A stretch of DNA of 64,000 nt from Utricularia gibba (lineage: Eukaryota; Plantae; Magnoliophyta): the NCBI GenBank assembly GCA_002189035.1, contig NEEC01000004.1:1798001-1862000 (forward strand). The letters are read 5' to 3'. Each line of letters opens with the position of its first letter. The first letter of the stretch is position 1. Position numbers and translations under genes: made by a program. This document shows, piece by piece, positions 51,803 through 64,000 of the stretch. Below the pieces are notes generated by a model, which had not been told where the DNA came from, did not search any database, and saw nothing but the letters and a program-made list of their open reading frames with translations.

Positions 51803-52531
51803 ATGTCTTCACAGCTTCCACCATGTTTCATAAAGAGAAATTTAAATAAATTAGTGACATTAGACTCTGATATAGTGTATGGATTACATCTATGAGCTTG
51901 TACGATGATAAACTAACTGCCTTTGACAGTAGGGAATGCGTACAAGATAGGCATGCGAAGCAACTCATCATCTTTTTTGTTTTTTATTCCCCGCAGTCAA
52001 TTTTGGAGAGCTCTGATTTTTCTTAACTTCCACGGTTGCGATTGACCTGGTAAAGAACAGCACACCTTTACATGTGCCGTCGTTCGGGAATTGTCTTGTG
52101 AGGATGATACTAAACAATTTAGAACATGTTTTATAGAGTTCAGGAAAGGTATGTGTAATACGCTGTCTTGATATACTTCTCATACTCAAATAATCAGAAA
52201 CCATATCAAACACAAGATCACGAATAATTTTTTAGCAAACCATCAACCAGGGACTAAGATTACTAAATAAGAAAAAAATGTTGCTTCCAGATAGAAGGTG
52301 CTTGCTAATAGTTGTCAACTAATTTAAATCCAACAAGATTGTGAATGTCGGGAAAAAGTGATCATTTGTCAGGATAGTGCAGGAGACTAATGGTTTACAA
52401 GGCAGGGAAAAGTGCGCTTTAGTTCAACGGCGACGAAAGTGCAACACACTACATGCGCCTTCACAACTCAAAAGACTAACCAACGCCACATAGAGAGCAA
52501 TGCCGCCACGCTGTAGTGGACTGGGAGGTGA

Positions 52532-55056
52532 TCATGGCTTGCGCGGAGGGGAACCGCTGCTGCTCCTGCTGCTGCTGCTAGGGCTTCTACCTCGGACAGG
52601 CCTGATCACAGTGTCTCTAGTTAGAACAGGTGAAACAACACTACAAAAAACAAAAGGAGTAGAATACGCCAAAAAGTGATTTTTTCATGGTTTACAATGA
52701 CCGAGAAAAAAGAGCAGGGTGGTGGCAGTTCATGTACTACCTTCTAGGGCTGCGACTTCTTGATACTCTCCGTGGGGCCTGAGGATAAATGGTTCATAGG
52801 TAACAGAAAGCATAGCTGAATCACAAACAATAAAGAAAGAGAGAGACAGCTCAAAGAGACCAACCCTTCGTGGGCTGGGTGATGAAGAGTAAGAAGACGA
52901 TCTACCACGCCTGGGAGGTGGCCCACGCCCTCTGTGGAACATGAGAAAACATTAAATAGACTCTTGACGCTGTCAATAAAGGATTATGATTGTTTTTTTA
53001 AACAATAATCAATTCAGATACGACAGCTGAGAAATTTGCAAATCACCTTCTCGGAGATGGTGATCTTGATGGTGAACGTGCAGGCCTCCTAACAGGAGAG
53101 CGGCTGCGCCTTCTACCAACTGGAGACCTTCTAGGAGGGGTTCTGGCACGTCTTGGAGATCTATAATGATATTCCAATCATTAAAATAGTATTTTTGCTT
53201 TTCAAGGATAAGAGAGTTTCGTTAATTGTGCATCTGGACCTGCTCTTCAATAATTAAAAGGCAAGATAAGATAAAAGCCAACCTTCTCCTAGGCGGGGGT
53301 GGGGAACGCCGACGAACAGGACTACCACGCACTCTTCTCAGAAGTTCCATGGGATTTAACAGTAAGAAACACCAAAATGAGATGCATTCAAGTCAAAATA
53401 CACTACAATTTCAAAAAAATTTAGAACCTTATAGGTGAGCGGAAACGCCTTGGGGGTGAGGAGGGTGAACGTGCCCTCGCAGGAGACAGAGGTCTTCTTC
53501 GAGGTGGTGGACTGTCACCTCGTCGATAAGGGGATTCCACACCACGTCGTGGAGGTGAATCAGCACGCCGACGTGGTTGTGGTGGAGAATCTCGATCCCT
53601 TCTTGGAGATCCTCTTCTTACTACAGGTGAACGACGTCTAGGTGGAGGAGATGGAGGTTTCCGGCGAGGAGACACTGAAAAAACAAATATTTTCTTGTTT
53701 TAAGAGATGAAGTGAAAGTACTTTCATGGCATTGCTTATAACCTTACATTCTTGTGGCTGCTTAGCTTCATCCTTTCCATTGCCAACTATAGCATCTTCA
53801 GATTTTGGGGCGTCCCTGCCAGAAATGGCTGCAGGAGGTTTTGAGGGAGAAGAAACCTTTTTTCTCTCTGGCAACGTAAACTTGGCTCTGACCACCTTGC
53901 CATCAATTTGAGCCTGCGTAAAATTTAGGAAAAGATTGGATAGCCGTAAAGGATTAATGTGCATCCTCATGAAACATAGACAGTGACAAGACTTACGCCA
54001 TCCATGTACAACTGGGCCTTTTCAGCTTCAGCCCTGTTCTTGAACCTAACATATGCAAATCCCTTTGGAAGGTTTACCTGTAGTAAGAATAGCATCATTT
54101 CCAAGAATGTATCCTGCATCACATTACCTTGCCATATGCTAAAATTAGTACTTACAGAAGCATCGATAGCCAGTTGCACGTGCACAATCTCACCAAAATT
54201 ACCTGTACAAAGCAGCCCAAGAGTAAACGAAAACATAGAAATTTAACACGCGGCAATGTCTCTTGAAGAGTCCATGAGCCGGAATCAACAATGAGTATAC
54301 GACATGCAACATGAAAAAACACATACCAAAAATTTCTTTCAAATGATTCTCATTCACATTCCTGCTAAGCTGGTCCACATGGAGCACAAGTGATTCAGGA
54401 ATGGGAGAGGCTTTCCTGGATTAAAATAAAGGAAGATTCACATAAACTGTAAACATGGAATACGTTAACTGGGGCGTTGCTGAAAAGAAATGAATACGTA
54501 GAAATCTGAATAATTTGCATGTTTTAGTATAACGGATACCCACAAGCCTGTTAGCTACAACTCTTCTAAGTAGCTCTGTTGATTTTTTAGTATACCTTGG
54601 AGGTGGTGAAGCTTTTTTAGTCTGAGCAGGTGGAGAGCGACCCCGTCTACCCCCATCAGCAGGACTGAAAAAAAAAAAAAAAAAACAGCACACAATCATA
54701 ACTACATCCATGGCACCTAAAAGAAACAAGGAATCACAACAAAAATAATTATTTGTTTAATTGGTCAATGCAATGCTATAGTTCATACACGCCATAAGCC
54801 CATGTGAGCGCCTGAAATTTCTGTGAAATCAAAAACAAAGAAATATGAACCTTTTACGTGGAGGAGGGCTACGGCTGCGAGGGCTTCCCTTGGGGGAACG
54901 AGACGAAGACGAGGAGAAGGACCGTGAGCGGGACCTAGACTTCGAACTAGATCTCGAAGAGCGAGAGGATGAACGCGAGCGCCCCGGCGACGGAGAACGA
55001 GATTCAGAAGATGAGTGCGAACCCCGCGACGGCCTACCGCGTCCAGCTTTCGCCAT
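52532..55056 (-). CDS. SR45: Serine/arginine-rich splicing factor SR45 (RS-RRM-RS, RNPS1-like), multi-exon
   Basis: MAKAGRGRP RS-rich start; RRM ESLVLHVDQLSRNVNENHLKEIFG...AEKAQLYMDGAQIDG; SPRR-rich C-terminus ending GSPPRKP*. Confidence 0.92.
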
Positions 55057-55100
55057 GATTGCAGTTCGGAGCCCGGTGGAATCCAAGATCCAACAACAGA

Positions 55101-55205
55101 AAACCCTAGGGCACACAACCAGCGAAGTGAACTCCGCCTCGCTGGTCGCCACAGATAGTTGGGCTTTAAGGCCCCCCAAACGTAGAACTTCAACCGCATG
55201 GCCCA
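55101..55205. promoter_or_regulatory. Telo-box plus site II elements upstream of SR45
   Basis: AAACCCTA at 55101-55108, TGGGCT at 55160-55165 and GGCCCA at 55200-55205, a combination typical of plant RNA-processing and translation gene promoters. Confidence 0.6.
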
Positions 55206-57364
55206 AAAAGAATTCTAAAATAAAACTATTTTATTCAAAATAAATACAAAATTATTACTTTATATTTAAATATTTATGTTTATTACATAAAATTTAATTC
55301 ACGTGCCCCCAAATGAAAAATTTTAGTTGGTAAAATTTCAAAAACCTAATTATTTTCATAATTTTATTTCAAATTATACATATGGTTCATTCAATTGCGT
55401 CAAATGTATTTAAATATTAATATTTATTCTAAATATATTTAAATATTTATTCTAAATATAATTAAATATTTATTTTTCTTATACATGTGTAGAACTTGTG
55501 CATGTGTATGTACACACACTCCCAAATTGATAAAATTTTTCACATCTAAATAACCAATTTCCTCTTGAATTTGAATAAATAAATTCCTTATGGGTTTGTA
55601 TTTGATTCATCTAAATCATTCTAGTAAAAATCACATTAAGTATAAAATATCTATCAACCACATGTTACTTTACAAATTTAATTAAACTCATGTACAAAAT
55701 AGGTCATGAATGGAGCCGGAAAATTAGCAAAATACACAATTTAAAAAAATGATTGGAAAAATACATAACATTGAAAAATGCTTTGTAACACATGTTTTCC
55801 ACTTTTTTTGTATGATTGTCAGTGAATCTTAGAGTTCAATTTGTATTATCCAACACAATTACAAGTTGTAATTATTACATTGTTACACGTAGATCATCTT
55901 TCCCATGTGAGATATTTCAAACTAGACGGAAATGGAGTCGGTCTGGTTCAAAACCCATATTTGACCGGTCAAATCCGGTGTTGACCTGTCACATCCGAAT
56001 TAATACAAAATATTATAATTTTAAAAAGTATATTAAAATGTTATTAATATATCAATTATCAATATTAAACATTAATAATATAATGAATATATTAATTTTT
56101 AATAAGAAATATCATGTGTAATTTCATTCATATAAATATAAATACTGAAATATTTTATCTATTTAATAAAAAAATAAAATTAAAATAATTTGCACATTAA
56201 TTTTTATATGTAAAACATAGTATGAAAATCATTACCCTAAATAAATCATATTTTTTTTCAACCACACCAAATGATACAATGATCAAATTGAAATATATTT
56301 TAAAATAATATTTTTAACAAAATAAATTAATTTCTTACATTATATAAATATTTCGAAATCCAAATTTTTAATTATTTTTTAATTTAAAATATTATTGTTT
56401 AAAAATATGTATTGTTATAAAAATGCATATTATTATTTATAAATACATCATACTAATATTTTTCAATGCATATTGTTGTTTAAAAATTATTTATTTATTT
56501 ACTTGAAAATTTTTCTGTTATAAATCTAATGGAGTGATCAGTATTAGAGTTTTAATAATATTATATTGATAAGTTGTTCACTTCATACATCATTTTTATT
56601 GGTTTATAAATTTTTCGATTTTATGCTTTTAAGGGATGAGATGCATTATTCATTATTAGATTTTAATTATATTTGTAAATTTTTAAGGTTATATGATCCT
56701 ATGAAGTAGTATGCATCGTTTAATATTAGGTTTTAATTATGTTTGTAAATTTTCAGATTAATATGTTTGTACATATATCAATTTTATCTATAAAATATAC
56801 TTATTAGTGTAACTAAAATATATTAACATGTGTGAGGTTTATTTCATTTGCAAAAATATATGTTTTGCAATTAACTTTTTTTTATAAAATATGTTTTATA
56901 TTATCAAATAACATATATAAAACTTAACATCATACGATATTAAAATTTTAATGTAACTATAATTTTTTATTACACATTATATGTAGTAGGGTTCAATATT
57001 CATTATTGGGTTTTAATTATTTTTAAAGATATTTTCAATTTTATTATCCTAATGAGTTGGGTGTAGAATTCATAATTATTTTATTTAAATTTGTTAAGTT
57101 TTTTCAGTATTGAGTTTTATTTATATTATGTTAATAATTTTTTGTTTATAAATCTATATTTGTTAATTTATAAATTCTATTAAAGGGGGTGATTCAATAT
57201 TAGATTTAATCATAGTATTTATAAAACTTTGATATATGAAAAAACTGAAAATTTTAAAAAGATTGATATTTTATTAACAATACTTATAAAACTGGTACAT
57301 TGATAACAATTTTATGTCATTTTTTTCTTGGATATTACAATTTTCTTTACCATTGCTTTTCTTC

Positions 57365-60300
57365 AGCTAACAAATTTACTTTTTTGCTTGCTTGATTGTG
57401 GCTGGGAGCTTGATGTAAAATCAGATGGATGGAGGTGCGATATTGAATTTCGAGCAGGGGTATATGAAGACTGGGTTGATGTGGCTGATGGTCCGTCATA
57501 GGAAGAGTGCCGCAAACTGAAGAAAGATGATGGATGGAAATCTAGAGATAGCAGATTACTATCTCGTCCAGAAGGTCGTACTAAAGTGAAGTCATTCATC
57601 AAAAGTTGGGAGGCATGATCCAGTAATTGATTATCATGATCAGGAACTGAAGGCGACAATGCATTCAAATCAATTAGATTGAATGTCTAGATCTTTTTAG
57701 GTCTACCCTTCTTTTTCTTTTATTATTGGTAATCCATAGGTCTCTTGTGCCTTGTTGCTTTATGCCAACCCAATTTGATTCGCCGTTTAGAGGGATCAAC
57801 ATGAAGGTGAAAAGCTGGTGGTGCCAAATCTTGTTCATCTCTTATAGGATGAACCTCACTATTATAAGTCCTCAACATTGACGATAGTCTTTAATAATCA
57901 TTGGTTTTGTCCTTAAGGTTCATCCGAAACTGGTGACATGCCTAATAAAGAAAAGTTAATAGATTTGAGTTATAAGTTATATTGAAGATAGAGTTTTTTC
58001 GTGTACCTTTTATGCACGACTACAAGGATATCGGTCTAATTGCCACACATCACAATCGTAGTGCTGGTCTTCAACTCTAACCCTTCGAGTTTCAATGATG
58101 CAATTGGTCTCTAGTTTGACATCTACCACATGAATTCGTTCATCATATACAGTGCAGGTAAGTCAAGGTACTAGTCTTAATCCTGCCTCATAGGCCTCAT
58201 GCACCTTGTCACTAAAAGTTCGGTCAACTGATCTCCTTGCTAGAGCTTCTGCCCTGTACTTTTCAAAATAATATCGACTTTTTTCTAAGGTGACCTGCAT
58301 AGATAGGTATACCCATGCTATTTCATTTACATGAATCTATATGTATTAAAAGTTTTCACCTTTGTAATAGCCTTTGGAGGTAGATGACGGGCATCTCGTA
58401 ATGCTCCATTCAAGGCCTCCGCATGATTCGTAGTCATGATCTCATACCTAATAAATTAGGAAATCAGAATGACAATGTAATTCGTAGTACCTAATTACAA
58501 GAATTCACGTACCGATGACTCCCATCATGTGTCAAGGTCCAATCAATCAAAGGAATATCCATCATGTAGCGATATGCTTTTGGACTGACCCTTGCAAGGT
58601 GATTCATTACTTGTGTATGTTTGAAGTCATTCCTAGAGTAGGCAGCCCTGTAACTAATCGTCGATACCTCCTTGAATTTTGATTTAGCATGGTTCATGCA
58701 ATTTTTTCGAATGTGGAAAACATAGAAACAATGAACACCATATGAGGGAACAAACTCTTGGTATCGTCTGTACATAGCTAACAGTTCAGATCCACGATCA
58801 CTGATGATACATATTCCCATTCTTCCCTTGATTACATATTGAACCAATTACTCCATAAACCAAATCCAGTCCTTGGCACTTTTACCATGCACAAATGCAT
58901 ATCCCAATGGGACTACATGGTTACTTGCATCAATAGCAACTGCTACAAGTAACTTGTAGTCGTAACTACCATATAAGTGCATAGCATTCACGCACATGAC
59001 TGGTTGACAATGCATGAAAGCTTTTATTGAAAAGCCAAAAGCCCAGAAAACCTACTTCAAGAGACGATCACCATGAACATTGATCTTATGGTCCCATGTC
59101 ACCACTGTCCTGGATTTTGCTTTCGAACCTCTTTAAGATAGATAAGTAGTTGGACACAAGAAGTCTACCATATACCATAATGAAATTCATAGGCTTGTCA
59201 CATACAAGCCCAAACATGCCACTTAGGTATATCATAGGTAAATAGCTCCGTGATGATACGTTGAACACCTAGAATTGTTAACTTTGGGCTTAGATACGGA
59301 ATAAGCCGAGGAGCAACATATCATATGTTTAGGTTGGCGTGAGTGGATGCTGCTTCTGACGTTAGTTCACAGGTATAAGACTCTATTAGCTTTGTTATCT
59401 TCCACATTCCTAATCTCTTTTAATAAGTTGCTCTAAACTTAAATGGGAAATACTCCTTCCCACTATAAGTCTACAGACATATCACCTCAAACTGGTACTT
59501 ATCACTTTTGCATGTTCTGCATTCTCGCTAAGCAATGGTAAGATGCCACTTCACAATTGCATCCATGACAGTCTTATGATCCTTGAGTGTCATACCCTGC
59601 TGAAGAATTCCAGTTCTCTCATCGTAATAATCTCCTGGAACGAATGCATCCATTGAATCAATATAAACATCTGGTTCGTCCTCTTCTTGAGTTGGTAAGG
59701 AGATTCCTACATATGTCTCATGAATCTCAATGTCTGGAGGCAAGCCAGGTAAATCTTCAACCTCCAATTCTGCAAATACCTCCTCAAAATCTGGGCCAGC
59801 TGGCATACTATCATCATCAGATAAATTGTGTGCCTCATTTGGATATATGTCATCTCCAACTAGAAAGCCATGGAAGTCATCTTGGTAGTCATAATCCCTA
59901 CTTTGGTCATAATAATTAAAGAAAGGATCATGGACAAAATGACCAGTTTCATATTGATAGTCCATGCCATGACTAGTGTTGTAGTTGTGATCAATCGAAA
60001 ATTGAGGGATCGAACCTAAAACTGATGGAAAATACAAAATCAATGATATAGTCAAATTTACAATCTTTATGTATAAAATCATTTTATATCTTCCAAATGA
60101 TAATAAGACTGTTACGAATCTTCAAATGGATTAAATTCTTCATACGGATATTGTGAGTAATCATATTGCTATGGATATTGTGATTGCTGTTGAGTAAGCG
60201 ACATTGCAAATTTTTAAAGAATAATTATTAAAAATTAAATATCTACATCTTTAAATCGATTTTAAAGCATTGAAAGTAATTATTATTAAAAAAAATTTAT

Positions 60301-61497
60301 AATTAATATTTCATTATAACAATGTATATGCTAGTTTTGAATCGTATAAAATATCACAATAATAAAACTTCTAATTTTATAATAAAAATAATATATTCAA
60401 ACTACTTCTACATATTTATAATTTTTTAAAAAAATTATTGTGACTAACAACCAATCAAATTAGTAAAAATATTCTTAACTAAATATGAATTAAATTAATA
60501 TTGATATTTTCATGTAAACACTATAATCAATAAAAAAGATATATATATTTATGAAATAATCATTATTTAAAAAGTTAAAATACGAAAAAAAAAGAAAATT
60601 TCATTAAAACCATCAGATTTATTTTTCATTTTCAATTTTACCATCAAATTTTTTTTGTTTCAATAAAGTCATTAAACATATCAAAAACTTTTGATTTCAA
60701 ATATAAATATAAAAATTGATTTTTTTTTGTAATTGAAAAAATGATAATAAATCTGATTTAATAAAATACATGAAATATCCATAAAATTTTATTTTCATCG
60801 TAAAAAAATTAATCATAATTAAATCATACAAAAGTTATTACCAATGTAATAACTATTTTGTTTATAATCAAAAAAGTAAAAATATAATTTTTTTTTCATA
60901 AACAAAAAAATAATCATAAAATTTTATTTTCATCAAACTTATCTTATATTTTTTTTATTATAAGATATTTCGTTTAAATAACCATTTTCTGTTTAAATTT
61001 CGTTTAATGACTTTCAATATATCATTTTGACTTAATTAAATTTTCCCAAAAAAAGATTAAAAATTCTATAAATACAAATTACTTAATTTCTTTTTGAAAT
61101 TCAAAAAAAATTATATAAAATTCATAGGAATCAAAATCAAATACTAACCTGAGTAAGATGATGATGAACAACCTGTTGTGTTATGTTGTGAGATTAACAT
61201 TTCAATACCAAAATTAGATTTTGTGGGGTCCATAATGAACGAGAGATCTGTTGAATCGTTAACATTAATATAATTTGCTGTGGAGGAATTGATTCTGTAG
61301 AACTTGGCACATAATCGAATATTATCGCAATTCACTTTGATTCCTAACTCACTTTCAATAGTATTCAGTAACTTATTCTAGGAAATATTTCGTTTCACCG
61401 CTAAAATTTTCACCGGTTTTGAAGCAGACGTATGATGGACTGATGAATCATCCAATATTGGACCTCCAATATAGAATTTCATTTTAGCTTTCGTCAT
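57365..61497 (-). mobile_element. Decayed Mutator-like (MULE/MuDR) transposase gene with introns
   Basis: Exon 61149-61497 (PB1-like N-terminus, one stop), ~1.1 kb AT-rich intron, MuDR segment QGMTLKDHKTVMDAIVKW, LYGSYDYKLLVAVAID, IISDRG, H-x-R-x-N, MTTNHAE and a SWIM-like CDVWQLDRYPC. Multiple stops. Confidence 0.85.
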
Positions 61498-62929
61498 TGA
61501 TTCAAGAATCCGATAACTGAATGCAAAGTCTGAATTGAAGGTGGAGAAAACAAAAAAAATGAAAAAAGAGGAATCACATAAGGAATGATAGGAATACCTA
61601 AAGAGGGGAGGAAGAAGTCAATAGTCAAAAGGAATCTAAAATGTGAAAGACACTGAAGAGAAAGTAAAGAATAAGGAAGTGATATCGAAGTAAGTTAGGT
61701 ACAACTATATTGAATTTTAATAATAAAAGCTTAATTGTCAAAATGATATTATAATTTAATTCAATGGTATTTGATTCACTACATTGATAAAATTATACTA
61801 CAGTATTGACACACCCAAAGAAGCATGTCTTTTACGAATGTTTAATAAAAATATATACCTAATCAAATTCATTAGAGAAAAATTTAAAATTTAAATAAAT
61901 AATTTCTTTTTTATATTTTTTCCATAAACTAATTTAAGAAAAAATATCAAATCACATTTGTATGTATCTAATTTGGTCATATATCACATCGAATGATTGT
62001 TAATATAAAAATTTGAAATATTTAATTACATGTTAATATTAAATTTTATAACGAATAATTTCTTAATCATCTTTTTCCACGTACACATGTCTAATATACA
62101 TTTGAACACAAATGTTAAAATCATATTTCAAGTCAGAAAATAAATGTTTGAATATACATTTGAATAAATATAAAAATTTACATATAATTGATGCAAATAA
62201 TGAAAATCTTATTATATTTGAAATAAAATATCCAAAAAATCTGTTTTCAAAAAAGTACAAAATGATTGTCTCGGCAACATGTGTGGAGTGTGAGTTGGTG
62301 TTATAATCCATTTGAATCGAAACTTTTTTGGTTGTGGTTTCGATTCAATTTGAGATATTTGGAACCAACGAACTATTAATTCTGACTCGTGCAAAACTCT
62401 TGAACCAATGATTTGAAACCGTAAACCATTAGTTTATGTGTGTCTAGCCACCCATATGCCATTAAGGGTGTATGAAATAATCATGAAAAATATAGAATAA
62501 TTCTAAGTCACTCATATAAGTCGTTATATATATATATCTAAAAATAGTATTATATATTCTTAAGAGTTATTATGATAACTTGAAAAAACAAATGATGTGT
62601 TTTCCAAACATCCATAACATCTCACATGAGTGTGTTTAAAAATATATTTTATTTTTTATAATTGTTTATGAATATCATTAACATTTATTATAGAAGCTTA
62701 AAAAAATATTTAAAAAAATAATATGTTTCAACCACACATAACATCTTATATGCGTGTTTGTAAAACATTTTATATTTTTCAGAATCATTTTTAAATATCT
62801 TTAACAGTTATTATAAGAATTTGAAAATATTCAATTTTGATTCAATTCAATGGTATCGATTTCAATTTCGATTCAATTCAAAATTTAAAAATTCAATTTT
62901 AAATTGAAATTGAAATCGAAGTATACAAT

Positions 62930-62967
62930 AAACCGTTTAGGGTTTAGCAACAAACCCTAAACGGTTT
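62930..62967. repeat. Perfect inverted repeat (16-bp arms, 6-nt loop) containing plant telomere motifs
   Basis: AAACCGTTTAGGGTTT-agcaac-AAACCCTAAACGGTTT. Confidence 0.85.
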
Positions 62968-63639
62968 CAACGATTTATAAATCAACGGTTTATTGAAACC
63001 GTTTGATTCCAAATCGAAACTGATGAGTTTCAAACCGATCGTTACTCTAGGAGTGAGCAAGAGGGTGAACCGATGCCGTAGATGGGGGCCGGTGATACAT
63101 GCCGATCGGATGCGGAAAGGCAGGAGCCAATCCGCCGGTCGACTGGATGCGCGGACCAACACGGATCGATGCGGCGGCACAAGCTCGTGCCGAGGTGCGT
63201 AGCTTTCTTGGACTTCCCGGTACTAATCGTCGATTTATACAGAACTTTGCCAAGTTGGCACTGCCCCCGACCCGTTTGACCAAGAAGGGGGTTCGTTTTG
63301 TGTGGGACGAGTCACGCAAAATAATTGGTTCATTATAAATATTTTTTTTATTACATCTGGAATCAACGAGCGGCTGGTTCCATGGTTTGGACCTTGGACA
63401 AATGGTCGTTGTCATTAATTTAATTAAATAGTTTTTTATATGAAAATGATTTTATGATGTGTGAGTTTTATGGAGAAATTTTCAACGGTCCAATTCAATT
63501 GAATGGTGGAAATTATAAATTGGGTATTTTGTGTTAGTGTACGGAACTTCTAATATTAGTTAATTAATAATGGAATGATCCATTAATAAATTATTATAAT
63601 AACAGAGTTTAACGTCCAGGTTAATCTTAAAATAACTTT

Positions 63640-64000
63640 ATAAAAATAACAAATCATATGCTGTGGGTCCCATGGGGACTTATCCACGTGGATTTTGTTT
63701 TTGTTTGACTTTTTCAAAACACCGGCGACACAATCCTTTTCTTTAGCTTTCCCCATCATTCATCGTTGACGTCCTCAGCCTCAGCGCGTTGGCCAGCGAC
63801 CTGTGTGTTGGCTTGGTGGCATGCATATTATACTCCTTCCTTGTCAGCTGTGAAGTGAAGAAATCCCCAGATCAGAAAAAGCATTTCCTTTTCTTCTCCC
63901 TTTCTATTGTCTTTCGCCTGGAGCGTGGTGCAGTTTCGGAAAGGTTCTTTTCTCCAGTTGTGTTTGCTTCAAATCTCCCTGTTGGCTCATTGCTTGCGTT
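63640..64000 (+). promoter_or_regulatory. Probable promoter/5' UTR of a gene beyond the window
   Basis: CACGTG and TGACGT motifs, a TATTATA, then a CT-rich leader-like sequence; no CDS within the window. Confidence 0.35.

Noticed and set aside
55710-63520. TIR pair and 9-bp TSD for the MULE
   Set aside because: Ends share only AAAATAC(A/C)CAATTTA; no extended inverted similarity or TSD found by eye.
1-64000. CRISPR arrays, rRNA, tRNA, organellar or viral insertions
   Set aside because: No regular repeat-spacer array, cloverleaf, or recognisable rRNA, plastid or viral sequence was seen by eye; small degenerate pieces cannot be excluded.

Overview
Plant (angiosperm) nuclear DNA, AT-rich between genes. 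The left half (1-34 kb) is a transposon-rich interval holding three diverged, intronless CYP86-clan (CYP96/MAH1-like) P450 paralogues: one on +, two on -. Among them are three copies of a ~1.3 kb Athila-type LTR, two related ~0.5 kb solo LTRs with perfect target-site duplications (TSDs), a truncated Ty1/copia element with a solo LTR nested in its own 5' LTR, and MITEs. The right half carries conserved multi-exon genes: an At4g15545/NAIP-family gene, molybdenum cofactor sulfurase ABA3, a JUB1/ANAC042-like NAC factor and splicing factor SR45. It also holds a copia RNase H relic, a possible Ulp1-like relic and a decayed MULE transposase gene. Main observations: (i) the P450 trio shares non-canonical motifs; (ii) three genes each have a single -1 frameshift inside a G/C homopolymer, probably an assembly artefact; (iii) ABA3 has two U12-type introns; (iv) there is a candidate degenerate MIR159/319-like hairpin. 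No CRISPR, rRNA or tRNA gene was seen. Everything was read by eye: family names come from recalled motifs, not database searches, and exon and relic boundaries are approximate.
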